NCBI GenBank assembly: GCA_044338885.1
Contig: JBIIWL010000001.1
Location: 1 to 29,244 of the forward strand
Reading direction: 5' to 3'
Source: Fibrobacteria bacterium
GTDB lineage: Bacteria; Fibrobacterota; Fibrobacteria; UBA11236
DNA: 29,244 bases
Shown here: positions 18,008-26,748 of the stretch, piece after piece
Position numbering within the stretch: the stretch's first letter is position 1
Layout of the letters: each line of letters begins with the position of its first letter
The notes under the pieces: model-generated
What the model was told of the DNA's origin: nothing
Database searches by the model: none
The model's input: only the letters and a program-made list of their open reading frames with translations
Made by a program: the position numbers and the translations under genes

Positions 18008-20266
18008 ATGAACAAACCCAACCAACCCGCCCCAGCCCAGCCCGGTCAAGAGAACGTGCTCGACCTCTATGGTCAAGAACTCGTGGCCCGGGCTCGCGAG
18101 GGGAAACTCGACCCCGTGATCGGCCGCGACGAAGAGATTCGCCGCGTGATCCGTATTTTGTCGCGTAAAACCAAGAACAACCCCGTGCTCGTAGGCGAAC
18201 CCGGTACAGGTAAGACCGCCATCGTCGAAGGCTTGGCGCAACGCATCGTGCGCGGCGATGTACCCGAGTCGTTGAAAGACAAAAAAATCTTCAGCCTCGA
18301 TATGGGCAGCTTGATCGCCGGCGCGAAGTACCGCGGCGAATTCGAGGAGCGCCTGAAGGCGATCCTCCAGGCGCTTGAGGACGACGGCGGCAACACGCTG
18401 CTGTTCATCGACGAGATCCACACCCTGGTGGGTGCGGGCAAGGCCGACGGCGCGATGGACGCGGGCAATTTACTCAAGCCCAAACTCGCGCGCGGCGAGC
18501 TGCACTGTATCGGCGCCACCACGCTCAACGAATACCGTTTACACATCGAGAAAGACGCCGCGCTCGAACGCCGCTTTCAACCCGTGATCGTGGCCGAACC
18601 TTCGCAAGAAGAGAGCGTGTCGATTTTACGTGGCATTAAAGAACGCTTCGATGCCCACCACGGCGTGCGCATTCAGGACAACGCCATCGTTGCCGCGGTC
18701 AAACTGTCGTCGCGCTACATCGCCGATCGCTTTCTGCCCGATAAGGCCATCGACTTGATGGACGAGGCCGCGGCGATGGTGAAGACCCAACTCGACACCA
18801 TGCCTGAAGAACTTGATTCGCTTTCGCGTAAGCTGTTGCAATACCAGATCGAAGAGAAGGCGCTTAAGTCTGAAAAAGACGAGAAGAGCCGCGAGCGGCT
18901 TAAGGCGCTGCGCACAGAGATCGAAGAGCTGTCCAAGCGCGTCGACACCATGAAGACGCAATGGGATGAACGCGCCCGTTACATCGCCGCCACGCGCGCC
19001 GCGCGCGGTAAGGTGGAGGACGTGCGCCGCGCCATCGAACAGGCCGAGGCCGCCTACGATTTGAACAAGGCCGCCGAGCTGAAGTACAAGACCTTGCGTG
19101 ACGCGGAGGCGAAGTTGAAGGTTGCCGAAGACGCGGCGGCCAAGAGCCGGGTTGGCCAAACCGAGTTTCACGAAGAAGTGACCGAAGACGAGATCGCCGA
19201 AGTGGTCTCGCGCTGGACGGGCATCCCCGTGACGCGCTTGCGCGCGGAGGAGAAAGACAAACTGTTGACTTTGCCCGCGCATTTAGCCAAGCGCGTGATT
19301 GGGCAGCGCGAAGCCGTGCAAGCGGTCAGCGATGCGATTTTGCGCAACCGCTCAGGCCTGGGCCGTGAGAACCGGCCGATCGGTTCGTTCCTCTTTTTGG
19401 GACCCACCGGTGTCGGCAAAACCGAGCTGACCAAGGCCGTGGCCGAGTTGTTGTTCGACAGCGAAGACCGCGTGATCAGGCTCGACATGAGCGAGTATAT
19501 GGAGAAGCACGCGGTGAGCAAGCTCATCGGCGCGCCGCCGGGTTATGTCGGTTACGAAGAAGGCGGCCAACTGACCGAAGCCGTGCGCCGTCAGCCCTAT
19601 TCGGTACTCTTGTTCGACGAGGTGGAGAAGGCTCACCCCGACGTGTTTAACATGCTGTTGCAGGTGCTTGACGACGGCCGCCTCAGCGACTCACAGGGCC
19701 GCACGGTGAGCTTTAAGAACACGCTGGTGGTGATGACCTCAAACATCGGGTCTGCCGTGATTGCGGCCGCGGCGGGCAGCGGCAAACCGCTGACGACTGA
19801 GGACCTCATGCCCGAGATCCGCAAGTTCTTCCGCGTGGAGTTCGTGAACCGCATCGACGAAATCATCGCGTTCCAACCCCTGGAGCTCGAAGACCTGGTG
19901 CAGGTGGCCACGCTCCGCTTTGGCGACTTGGCCAAGCGTTTGCGCGAACGCGGTATCACGGCGGAGCTTAGCGAGCCGGCGGCGCGTGCGGTGGCAGAGC
20001 TCAGCTACGACCCACAGTTTGGGGCACGGCCGATCAACCGCTTCATCCAACGGCGGCTGGAGAACCCGCTCAGCCGGGTGCTGGTGGCCGGCGCCTTGCG
20101 CCCGGGCACGCACCTGGTGATCGACTACCGCGACGACGACTTCTTGTTTAACGGACAAACCGCTGATGAGATGGCGCGGGCGGAAAAAGATTTGGGGGTT
20201 ATGGGTGAGTCCTCCGGGAGTGAAGGCCCTCTGGATGCAGAGGACGCAGAGTTTACGGAGGTGTAA
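18008..20266 (+). CDS. clpB: ClpB-type AAA+ disaggregase lacking the N-terminal domain
   Basis: [15 protein letters not shown], Walker [17 protein letters not shown], a full coiled-coil M-domain, second Walker [30 protein letters not shown] and GARP. Confidence 0.93.
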   Translation: MNKPNQPAPAQPGQENVLDLYGQELVARAREGKLDPVIGRDEEIRRVIRILSRKTKNNPVLVGEPGTGKTAIVEGLAQRIVRGDVPESLKDKKIFSLDMGSLIAGAKYRGEFEERLKAILQALEDDGGNTLLFIDEIHTLVGAGKADGAMDAGNLLKPKLARGELHCIGATTLNEYRLHIEKDAALERRFQPVIVAEPSQEESVSILRGIKERFDAHHGVRIQDNAIVAAVKLSSRYIADRFLPDKAIDLMDEAAAMVKTQLDTMPEELDSLSRKLLQYQIEEKALKSEKDEKSRERLKALRTEIEELSKRVDTMKTQWDERARYIAATRAARGKVEDVRRAIEQAEAAYDLNKAAELKYKTLRDAEAKLKVAEDAAAKSRVGQTEFHEEVTEDEIAEVVSRWTGIPVTRLRAEEKDKLLTLPAHLAKRVIGQREAVQAVSDAILRNRSGLGRENRPIGSFLFLGPTGVGKTELTKAVAELLFDSEDRVIRLDMSEYMEKHAVSKLIGAPPGYVGYEEGGQLTEAVRRQPYSVLLFDEVEKAHPDVFNMLLQVLDDGRLSDSQGRTVSFKNTLVVMTSNIGSAVIAAAAGSGKPLTTEDLMPEIRKFFRVEFVNRIDEIIAFQPLELEDLVQVATLRFGDLAKRLRERGITAELSEPAARAVAELSYDPQFGARPINRFIQRRLENPLSRVLVAGALRPGTHLVIDYRDDDFLFNGQTADEMARAEKDLGVMGESSGSEGPLDAEDAEFTEV

Positions 20267-20325
20267 CGCGAGACGGAGCGTCGAGCCGTTCGACGGCACG
20301 ACGCGCTGTGGCCTGTGAATCAAAT

Positions 20326-20383
20326 AGTTCGACAATAAAAAAGCCGTTCGCGGGGTAGCGAACGGCTTTTTTATTGTCGAACT
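20326..20383. terminator. Bidirectional terminator, 26-bp perfect inverted repeat
   Basis: AGTTCGACAATAAAAAAGCCGTTCGC-GGGGTA-GCGAACGGCTTTTTTATTGTCGAACT, between convergent clpB and the barrel gene. Confidence 0.9.
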
Positions 20384-20392
20384 TGAGGTGGC

Positions 20393-21856
20393 TTAGATGC
20401 CCATCTCGAGACGCATCATGTAGTACCAGTCTTTCCACTCGATGTTGGTGACCGGCGCATACGACTGCTCCGCCTTCCAGTTCACGAGACGCTGGTTGTC
20501 GTTGGCGGCCTGAGCATAAATGGTCAAACCACGCACCACAGTTTTCTTTGCAAGCAAAGACCACTTCCAGTTGTCTTTAGTGACCTCATCAAGATCCCTC
20601 TTGAACAAGTTGGGGTCCTGTTCGGAAATCGTTCCAGACGGACCACTGTTCACGAAGGGCAGAGTCGGCATCTGGTAACGGTAGGCGTTCTCAATTGAGT
20701 TCGGAAACGGCGAGTTGTAGTACTCCATCTGGAACGAGAGGACGTCCAGGAAACGGAAGGTCGGTGCATTGAAGCCGAACATCACAGGCATGCGTTCCGT
20801 TTTCTTCTCGTAGTAGAAGTCGTAATCCTTCACACCGAGGAGCGCGATTTCACCGAACACCTTGAGATCTTGGGGCCCCAGCATGTCCATTGTGACATAG
20901 GCTTTGGGATCGAAAGATGCGCGAGCCATAAGTTTCACACCCTGGAAGGTGTAGAAGCTGGTGGTATCGTAGATGTAACGCGGGTTCAGTGTAGAACCAA
21001 GTCCGTTATCAACGCGCGCGCCCGTCAAATCGGTTGCCGGCAGAGAATCGACAAAATTGGGATTCTCCCGAATGATCCCGCTTCCGTTGCCGAAGTTGGT
21101 GGCATTCTCACCATAGCGAACCTTGGGCGAGGTTACGCTCGGTTTCACGGCGAGACAGTGATGACAAGACACGCCGCCACCCACCTCAACGCCGCGAGCC
21201 GGGAAGGCCGTTACGATGTAGGTCGGAGAAATGTCGCCGGTGGGCGGCAGATCACGTTCGACGGGGAGCAAGAACTCATGTTGAAGCTTACCGCCAAACA
21301 TGGGCACGTTGACCCGAACACCCTGCATCATGTAGCCGTTGCCCATGAGGTTCCAGCCACCCGAGCTCAAGTAGCCGGGATAGGCCCCCGAACGCAACAG
21401 GTATTCGCCGAGGTTCGCCGCATCAGCATTGTACTTGTAAGGGAAAAACCCCGCTTGCAAGGTCGCGACCGGTTTGGTCACGTCACCGAAGCGATACTCC
21501 ATGTCTGCACGGGAAATACCCGGGCCGAACTTGGTCGAGGTCACAAAGGGACGCACATTCGCTTCGCCCGGAGGGGGATTCTCGATGTCGTACCAGAACA
21601 TGCCACCCACGCCGGCGCGCACCTGGAGGCGGTCACTGACGTGGATTTCTTGAGTAACCCAAACCGAAGTCCGCTGGATGTAGTTCGCATCCTGGACGGA
21701 TTCATTCCATTTGCCCTTCACAACCTGACCGAAGTCAATCAAGGACCCCATGGACAAGGGCATCAATTTCACGTTATCCTCGGCGGGTTCCGCGAGGGTG
21801 GGGATTGCTGTCAGGCAGGTAGCCACGACCGCAGAAATCAGATTTCGAAAATTCAT
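20393..21856 (-). CDS. Putative large outer-membrane beta-barrel protein (paralog A)
   Basis: AGGAG RBS, signal peptide ending TLA, many amphipathic strands, the block GFFPYKYNADAANLGEYLLRSGAYPGYL, and C-terminal YYMMRLEMGI. Confidence 0.75.
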   Translation of the reverse strand: MNFRNLISAVVATCLTAIPTLAEPAEDNVKLMPLSMGSLIDFGQVVKGKWNESVQDANYIQRTSVWVTQEIHVSDRLQVRAGVGGMFWYDIENPPPGEANVRPFVTSTKFGPGISRADMEYRFGDVTKPVATLQAGFFPYKYNADAANLGEYLLRSGAYPGYLSSGGWNLMGNGYMMQGVRVNVPMFGGKLQHEFLLPVERDLPPTGDISPTYIVTAFPARGVEVGGGVSCHHCLAVKPSVTSPKVRYGENATNFGNGSGIIRENPNFVDSLPATDLTGARVDNGLGSTLNPRYIYDTTSFYTFQGVKLMARASFDPKAYVTMDMLGPQDLKVFGEIALLGVKDYDFYYEKKTERMPVMFGFNAPTFRFLDVLSFQMEYYNSPFPNSIENAYRYQMPTLPFVNSGPSGTISEQDPNLFKRDLDEVTKDNWKWSLLAKKTVVRGLTIYAQAANDNQRLVNWKAEQSYAPVTNIEWKDWYYMMRLEMGI

Positions 21857-21889
21857 GTTCGGCTCCTTTCGGGTTCGCTGTGCGGTCCG

Positions 21890-23254
21890 TTAAATGCCGA
21901 ACTGGAATCGGATGAGGTAGTACCAATCTTTGCCGTTGCGGTTGGTGATAGGCACCATGGTCGGCAAAAGCCCTTCAAGCACGTGGAAGGTTCGAATGTG
22001 ATCGCTCGCGGCTTGAGCGTAAATATCGATCCCCTTGGTGACTTTCTTCTTGCCGTACAAGGTCCACTTCCAATTATCGCGTTTGGCGGTGGCGTTATAG
22101 CGTGCCACAGAAGCAGGATCCGCAAAGTCCGGGAGCTGCCAGATGGGCAAGGCGGAGTACAGGGGCTCTTTAAAGCTGTTGAAGAACTGAGAGTTGTAGT
22201 ACTCGAGCTCAAAGGAGAGGACGTCGAGCATCTTGAACGTGGGGATGTTGAAACCACCCATGATCGGCATGCGTTCGGTGCGCTTCTCGTACATGTAGTC
22301 GTAATTCTTCCAGCCTAAGACCGCGACTTCACCGTACAGCTTCAGGTCTTCAGGACCGAAATATGCCTCGGGGAGCGAGATGAACGCCTTAGGATCAAAC
22401 GAGGCATTTGCAGTCAGTTTGACGCCTTGGAACGAATAGCGTTCCGAGCTATCGCGAATGGGCGCGCCCGTGGAGTCGAAACCCGTGATCACGAAGTTAT
22501 TGCCCGAAGGATCGTTGGGGGTTTCGCGGCTGGGTTTGACCGAAAGGCCGTGGTTCCAGGCCACACCGGCGCCCAAGCGGACACCTTCAACCGGAGTCAC
22601 GGAGGCCACCAAGGCCGGCGTGATGCTAAACAAAGGCGGCAGATCGCGCTCCATAGCCATCAGGAAGTCGACATCGACGCGCTTATCCCAATATTGGGCA
22701 TTCGCACGGAGACCTTGAACCATGTAGGCGGCGCTGTTCAGCATGCTCCAACCACCGGTGGTCAGGTAACCCGGGTAGGCACCCGAGCGCATCAGGTATT
22801 CGCCGAGGTTCTTGGCGTCAGGGTTGTACTTATAAGGGAAAAAGCCCATTTGCAACCGAGCCGTGGGGTTCTCGAGGTCGCCAAAGGTGTAAACACCCTG
22901 GGCCTGGGAGATACCGGGGCCAAACTGGGTCTGGCGGGAGGACACCGTGTTGGGATCGTTGGGAATCGAGTACCAGAAAATACCGCCCACACCGACGGTG
23001 AGCTGGAGTCTTTGGTTGACCACCGCTTCTTGAGTGATCCAGACACCCATACGCTGAAAGAAATCACCATTGAATTCGTAGTCTTTCGCGTTGTTTTCGG
23101 TGTAGCTGGTGCCACCTTTAACGATTTGACCATTATCAAACTGGCCAGAAATCGAGATGCGTTTGTATTCGATTTCTGCGTCCTCTGCCGCAAAGGCTGC
23201 AAAAGGCGCGGCGAGGACAAGTGCCGAGAGGGAAATGAGGCTACGTACGTTCAT
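21890..23254 (-). CDS. Putative large outer-membrane beta-barrel protein (paralog B)
   Basis: AGGAG RBS, signal peptide ending AFA, the block GFFPYKYNPDAKNLGEYLMRSGAYPGYL, and C-terminal YYLIRFQFGI. Colinear with paralog A. Confidence 0.75.
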   Translation of the reverse strand: MNVRSLISLSALVLAAPFAAFAAEDAEIEYKRISISGQFDNGQIVKGGTSYTENNAKDYEFNGDFFQRMGVWITQEAVVNQRLQLTVGVGGIFWYSIPNDPNTVSSRQTQFGPGISQAQGVYTFGDLENPTARLQMGFFPYKYNPDAKNLGEYLMRSGAYPGYLTTGGWSMLNSAAYMVQGLRANAQYWDKRVDVDFLMAMERDLPPLFSITPALVASVTPVEGVRLGAGVAWNHGLSVKPSRETPNDPSGNNFVITGFDSTGAPIRDSSERYSFQGVKLTANASFDPKAFISLPEAYFGPEDLKLYGEVAVLGWKNYDYMYEKRTERMPIMGGFNIPTFKMLDVLSFELEYYNSQFFNSFKEPLYSALPIWQLPDFADPASVARYNATAKRDNWKWTLYGKKKVTKGIDIYAQAASDHIRTFHVLEGLLPTMVPITNRNGKDWYYLIRFQFGI

Positions 23255-23316
23255 ACCATGCTCCTAGAAGTATCGGGGGCTGCTCGACATCGGATCAATC
23301 CGGGTAGAGTCGCCCT

Positions 23317-23344
23317 AATGTAGGCCTCAAGACCCAATTGTCAA
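23317..23344 (-). promoter_or_regulatory. Sigma70-type promoter for the barrel pair
   Basis: TTGACA (23344-23339), a 16-nt spacer, then TACATT (23322-23317), about 60 nt upstream of ATG 23254. Confidence 0.55.
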
Positions 23345-23520
23345 TTCACTTTTTCAAAAAAAACGAAAGGTTTGCCGGATCTGGTAGTAAATCACTGTGG
23401 GCCGGTGGAATTATCGGGTGAATTTTCGCTCGAACGCGATTTTATGAGCGTGATTCATATAGTCACTGTACTTTTATCCTCTAAAGGCCTCGCACCGCGA
23501 GGATAAAAGAGAGGGATACA

Positions 23521-24702
23521 ATGACTATCAATAAGATGCTCGGATTAACCGTTTTACTGGCTTTGACGGGTTCGGTCTTTGCGCAGGGCGTTCCTGGAAA
23601 AGATCGCCCCATTCGCGTCGGCCAATTCAAGGGCACGGGCCAAGGCCGCTACTGGCACACCAACATTCACACCTCGGGTACCCAGCTGGCCGCCATTTTG
23701 GCTAACCCGGACAGCACCGGTTTGGGTGCCGATTTAGTGAAGCCCACCGCAGGCTTCACCTTCACCCAGTTTGGTCTGCCGTCCGGTACCGGTACGCCGA
23801 CCACCGTGCAGCGCGACGCCTTTATCACAGCCCTCGACTCGCTCGACGTGGTGCTGATTAGCTGCTTCGTGGAAATCGGTAACTCGATTGCCGCTGGTGC
23901 CCCGCGTACGGCACTGATGAACCACATTCAAACCAAGGGCTACATCGCCGTCCACGCGACGACTGACTCCTACGGTACCTGGACGGGCTTGGACAGCATC
24001 CACGCTGCACGCTTCCAGAACCACCCGTCTGCCGATCGTAACGGCCGCTTGCGCCTCGACTCGTTGGACCTCTCCTACGCCCTCGCCGATTCTAACTGGA
24101 AGTTCCTCAACAAATCGCTCGCCGATACGACCTTCCTCGAAGAATGGTTCTCGTTTACCACCAACGGTAACGTGATCCGTAGCTACCCGGGCGTGAAGGT
24201 GACCGTCAACATTGACGAAGCCTCCTATGCCGGTGGTTTGGGTGGCGCCCGCGCCATGGGTACGGATCACCCGATGAGCTGGTACCGTGTGCTGCCGACC
24301 GGTGGCCGCTTCTTCTACACCGCCGTGGGTCACCGTGCCAACATCTGGGCCGGTACCACCGCCAACCCCCGCTTCCTGCGCCGCCAGCTGTACAACGCGA
24401 TTTTGTGGACCTCTGGCTACGATACCACCAGAACAGTGTCGATCCAGCCCCAGGCCGCCAAGTCCCTCCGCTTTGCAGACGTGTCTCGCATGAGCGCTGG
24501 CGAAGGCGCCCTCACTGTGACCTTGCTGCAACCCGGCATCCACAGTGTTGAGCTCACGACTCTGGACGGCCGTCGCGTTGCGATCCGCCGTGGTGAAGGC
24601 CGCGATTTCGCGTACAACTTCTCGAGCCTTAACTCGGGCGTGTACTCGGTCGCCGTCAACACGCAGAATGGCCGTTCGAGCCAGCTCGTGACGATTCGCT
24701 AA
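23521..24702 (+). CDS. Exported ThuA-like domain protein with T9SS-like C-terminal domain (paralog 2)
   Basis: Signal peptide ending VFA. YWHTNIH, IAVHATTD, RFQNHP, EEWFSF, IDEASY, DHPMSWY, GRFFYTAVGH. Tail LTTLDGRRV...SGVYSVAV. Confidence 0.85.
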   Translation: MTINKMLGLTVLLALTGSVFAQGVPGKDRPIRVGQFKGTGQGRYWHTNIHTSGTQLAAILANPDSTGLGADLVKPTAGFTFTQFGLPSGTGTPTTVQRDAFITALDSLDVVLISCFVEIGNSIAAGAPRTALMNHIQTKGYIAVHATTDSYGTWTGLDSIHAARFQNHPSADRNGRLRLDSLDLSYALADSNWKFLNKSLADTTFLEEWFSFTTNGNVIRSYPGVKVTVNIDEASYAGGLGGARAMGTDHPMSWYRVLPTGGRFFYTAVGHRANIWAGTTANPRFLRRQLYNAILWTSGYDTTRTVSIQPQAAKSLRFADVSRMSAGEGALTVTLLQPGIHSVELTTLDGRRVAIRRGEGRDFAYNFSSLNSGVYSVAVNTQNGRSSQLVTIR

Positions 24703-24717
24703 AGACAATTGCCAACA

Positions 24718-24761
24718 GGCATAAAAAAAGGGCGAGGGTAACCTCGCCCTTTTTTTATGCC
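24718..24761. terminator. Intrinsic terminator, 20-bp perfect inverted repeat
   Basis: GGCATAAAAAAAGGGCGAGG-GTAA-CCTCGCCCTTTTTTTATGCC, with a GNRA loop. Confidence 0.88.
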
Positions 24762-24834
24762 CATCCCTGACGAAGCGGATTGATCGTTGGGTATTATTGA
24801 ACGTTCAAGCATTTCAAGAATCAGACCACGACTC

Positions 24835-26724
24835 ATGCATCGCTTTCTTTATTCAAAAATGGCTTCAGGGGCACTCCTCTTTTTGGGAGCACTTCTCGTT
24901 TATGTCAATACGATGTCTTCGGGGATTGGGACCGAAGATCCCGGTGAACTTGCCGCTGTTTTGCACACGATGGGCATTGCGCATCCCACCGGCTACCCCC
25001 TTTATACAATGCTGGGCTCGTTATTCGTCCGCATTCCCATTGGCGACTACGGCGCATGGCGGATGAATCTATTTGGAGCACTCCTCACGGCGCTCGCGGT
25101 GTATCAGTTTTGGGGGCTATTCCGGTTCATATTCTCAAACCGTGGTCGCACAGCCTTTTCATCGTCTACGCGCGCGCAAGGTTCCACAGAATTTCAACGC
25201 GGCCCTCTTTCCGATGAATGTGCGGCACTTGCCGCACCATTGATTTTCGCCTTTTCTGCCGTGTTTTGGCAGCAGGGTGTCTTTCTTGAAGTGTACGCGC
25301 TTCACCTCGTCTTTCTAGCCGTGGTGACGCGATTGTTCCTGACGTCCCTTGTTGAGGAAGGTCAACAAAAGGGGCGGCGCACGTGGCTGCTGTTCGCCTA
25401 TGTGCTGGGTCTGAGCTTTGCCCATCACATGATGACGTCATTATTAGCGCCGGCTTTCTTGTGGCTGTTCTTTCGCGTGCAGGGCTTCAATCGCCGCGCC
25501 TTCATGCTCATCGCCTACGCGATCCCACCCTTTGTTTTAGGCCTCACCGCCTACCTGTTTATTTTGATTCGCTCGGCTACGGCTCCCCTGATGAATTGGG
25601 GCGAGCCAAACAATTGGGGCGCGCTTTGGAAGCATGTCCGGGGCGCACAATACGGTGAGCAGATGTTCTCGTCGTGGGAGATCGCGGTTCGTAAGCTGAC
25701 TCAGTTTGCGGTTGATTTACCCGTTGATTTCGGGTGGCCGGTGATAGTGCTCGCTATCGCAGGGATTGTGGTTCTCTATCGTACGCTGCCGGGCTTATTG
25801 ATTTTTTCGGGGCTGGTGTTCGGCACGGGCTTGGTGTATGCGGCAAACTATGCGTTTGATGATCCAAATTTCCACCTCCACCCGCACTTTATGGTGGCCT
25901 TGTGGGCCGGGGCTGCACTTGGTGGATTATGGACAGTGAAGGCCGGAAAACTGACGCTCGCCGTGCGATTGATTTGCGCGCTGCTAGCTCTCTCTCCGCT
26001 GCTTTTGAATTTCAAGACGATGGATAAAAGCCGCGATACGCTGGTATCAGACTATTCACGCAACGTTCTCGAATCATTAGACTCAGGGGCGGTACTGTTC
26101 ACCAACGAATATGAACGACTGGGAAGCCCGGCTTTTTATTGGCAGATCGTTCAGGGTTATCGCAGCGATGCGGTGGTGCTTGACATTATTCTTTTGGGCA
26201 ACCCCTGGTTTTTCTCTCACCTTGAAGCGCGGCACCCATGGCTCATGAAGGCTTCACGCGCAGAGATTGCGGTGTATCGTGAGGAGCTCCATCGGTTTGT
26301 GCACGGGCCTCGTGATACGGTGGCGTACAATGCGCGACTGCGTGCTATGTTCCGTTCGATCATTGAGAACAGCCGAAGGGCGAATCGGCCCGTTTATTTT
26401 ACCTCGGGAATCAATGCGGACGAAGCACCGGGTTATCGCCTTGTGCCCTCGGGCATGGTGTTCCGGCTTGAACCGGACTCAAACACGACGGCCTACATTC
26501 CACCCCGCGACTTCACCCTCGCCCCCCTACCCTCACCTTCGGTCAATCGTCTCTCGGAACAAATACGAGTGGAGTATGCGGAAGGTTACGCCAATCAGGG
26601 CGCTCACGTGCTGGAACACCGCGATACGGTGCGCGCGGCAGAGCGGTTTCGCAAGGCGTTGGCGATGTATCCGAACTTTCCCGCCGTACGGGAGTTGTTG
26701 AATTCAATTGCGCCTATGCGGTGA
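24835..26724 (+). CDS. DUF2723 / TMEM260-like multi-pass GT-C glycosyltransferase with C-terminal TPR-like repeat
   Basis: EDPGELAA..MGIAHPTGYPLY, EVYALH, GLSFAHH, PLMNWG, many TM segments, and a C-terminal YANQG..AERFRKALAMYPNF. Start uncertain (24787 TTG, 24835 ATG or 24859 ATG). Confidence 0.82.
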   Translation: MHRFLYSKMASGALLFLGALLVYVNTMSSGIGTEDPGELAAVLHTMGIAHPTGYPLYTMLGSLFVRIPIGDYGAWRMNLFGALLTALAVYQFWGLFRFIFSNRGRTAFSSSTRAQGSTEFQRGPLSDECAALAAPLIFAFSAVFWQQGVFLEVYALHLVFLAVVTRLFLTSLVEEGQQKGRRTWLLFAYVLGLSFAHHMMTSLLAPAFLWLFFRVQGFNRRAFMLIAYAIPPFVLGLTAYLFILIRSATAPLMNWGEPNNWGALWKHVRGAQYGEQMFSSWEIAVRKLTQFAVDLPVDFGWPVIVLAIAGIVVLYRTLPGLLIFSGLVFGTGLVYAANYAFDDPNFHLHPHFMVALWAGAALGGLWTVKAGKLTLAVRLICALLALSPLLLNFKTMDKSRDTLVSDYSRNVLESLDSGAVLFTNEYERLGSPAFYWQIVQGYRSDAVVLDIILLGNPWFFSHLEARHPWLMKASRAEIAVYREELHRFVHGPRDTVAYNARLRAMFRSIIENSRRANRPVYFTSGINADEAPGYRLVPSGMVFRLEPDSNTTAYIPPRDFTLAPLPSPSVNRLSEQIRVEYAEGYANQGAHVLEHRDTVRAAERFRKALAMYPNFPAVRELLNSIAPMR

Positions 26725-26748
26725 GCGCCGAAATACGTTGGCCTCAGC

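Noticed and set aside
20870-24708. Long antisense ORFs 20870-22318, 22427-23323 and 23734-24708
   Set aside because: They mirror the barrel and ThuA genes, which carry the signal peptides, RBSs and paralog-level conservation.
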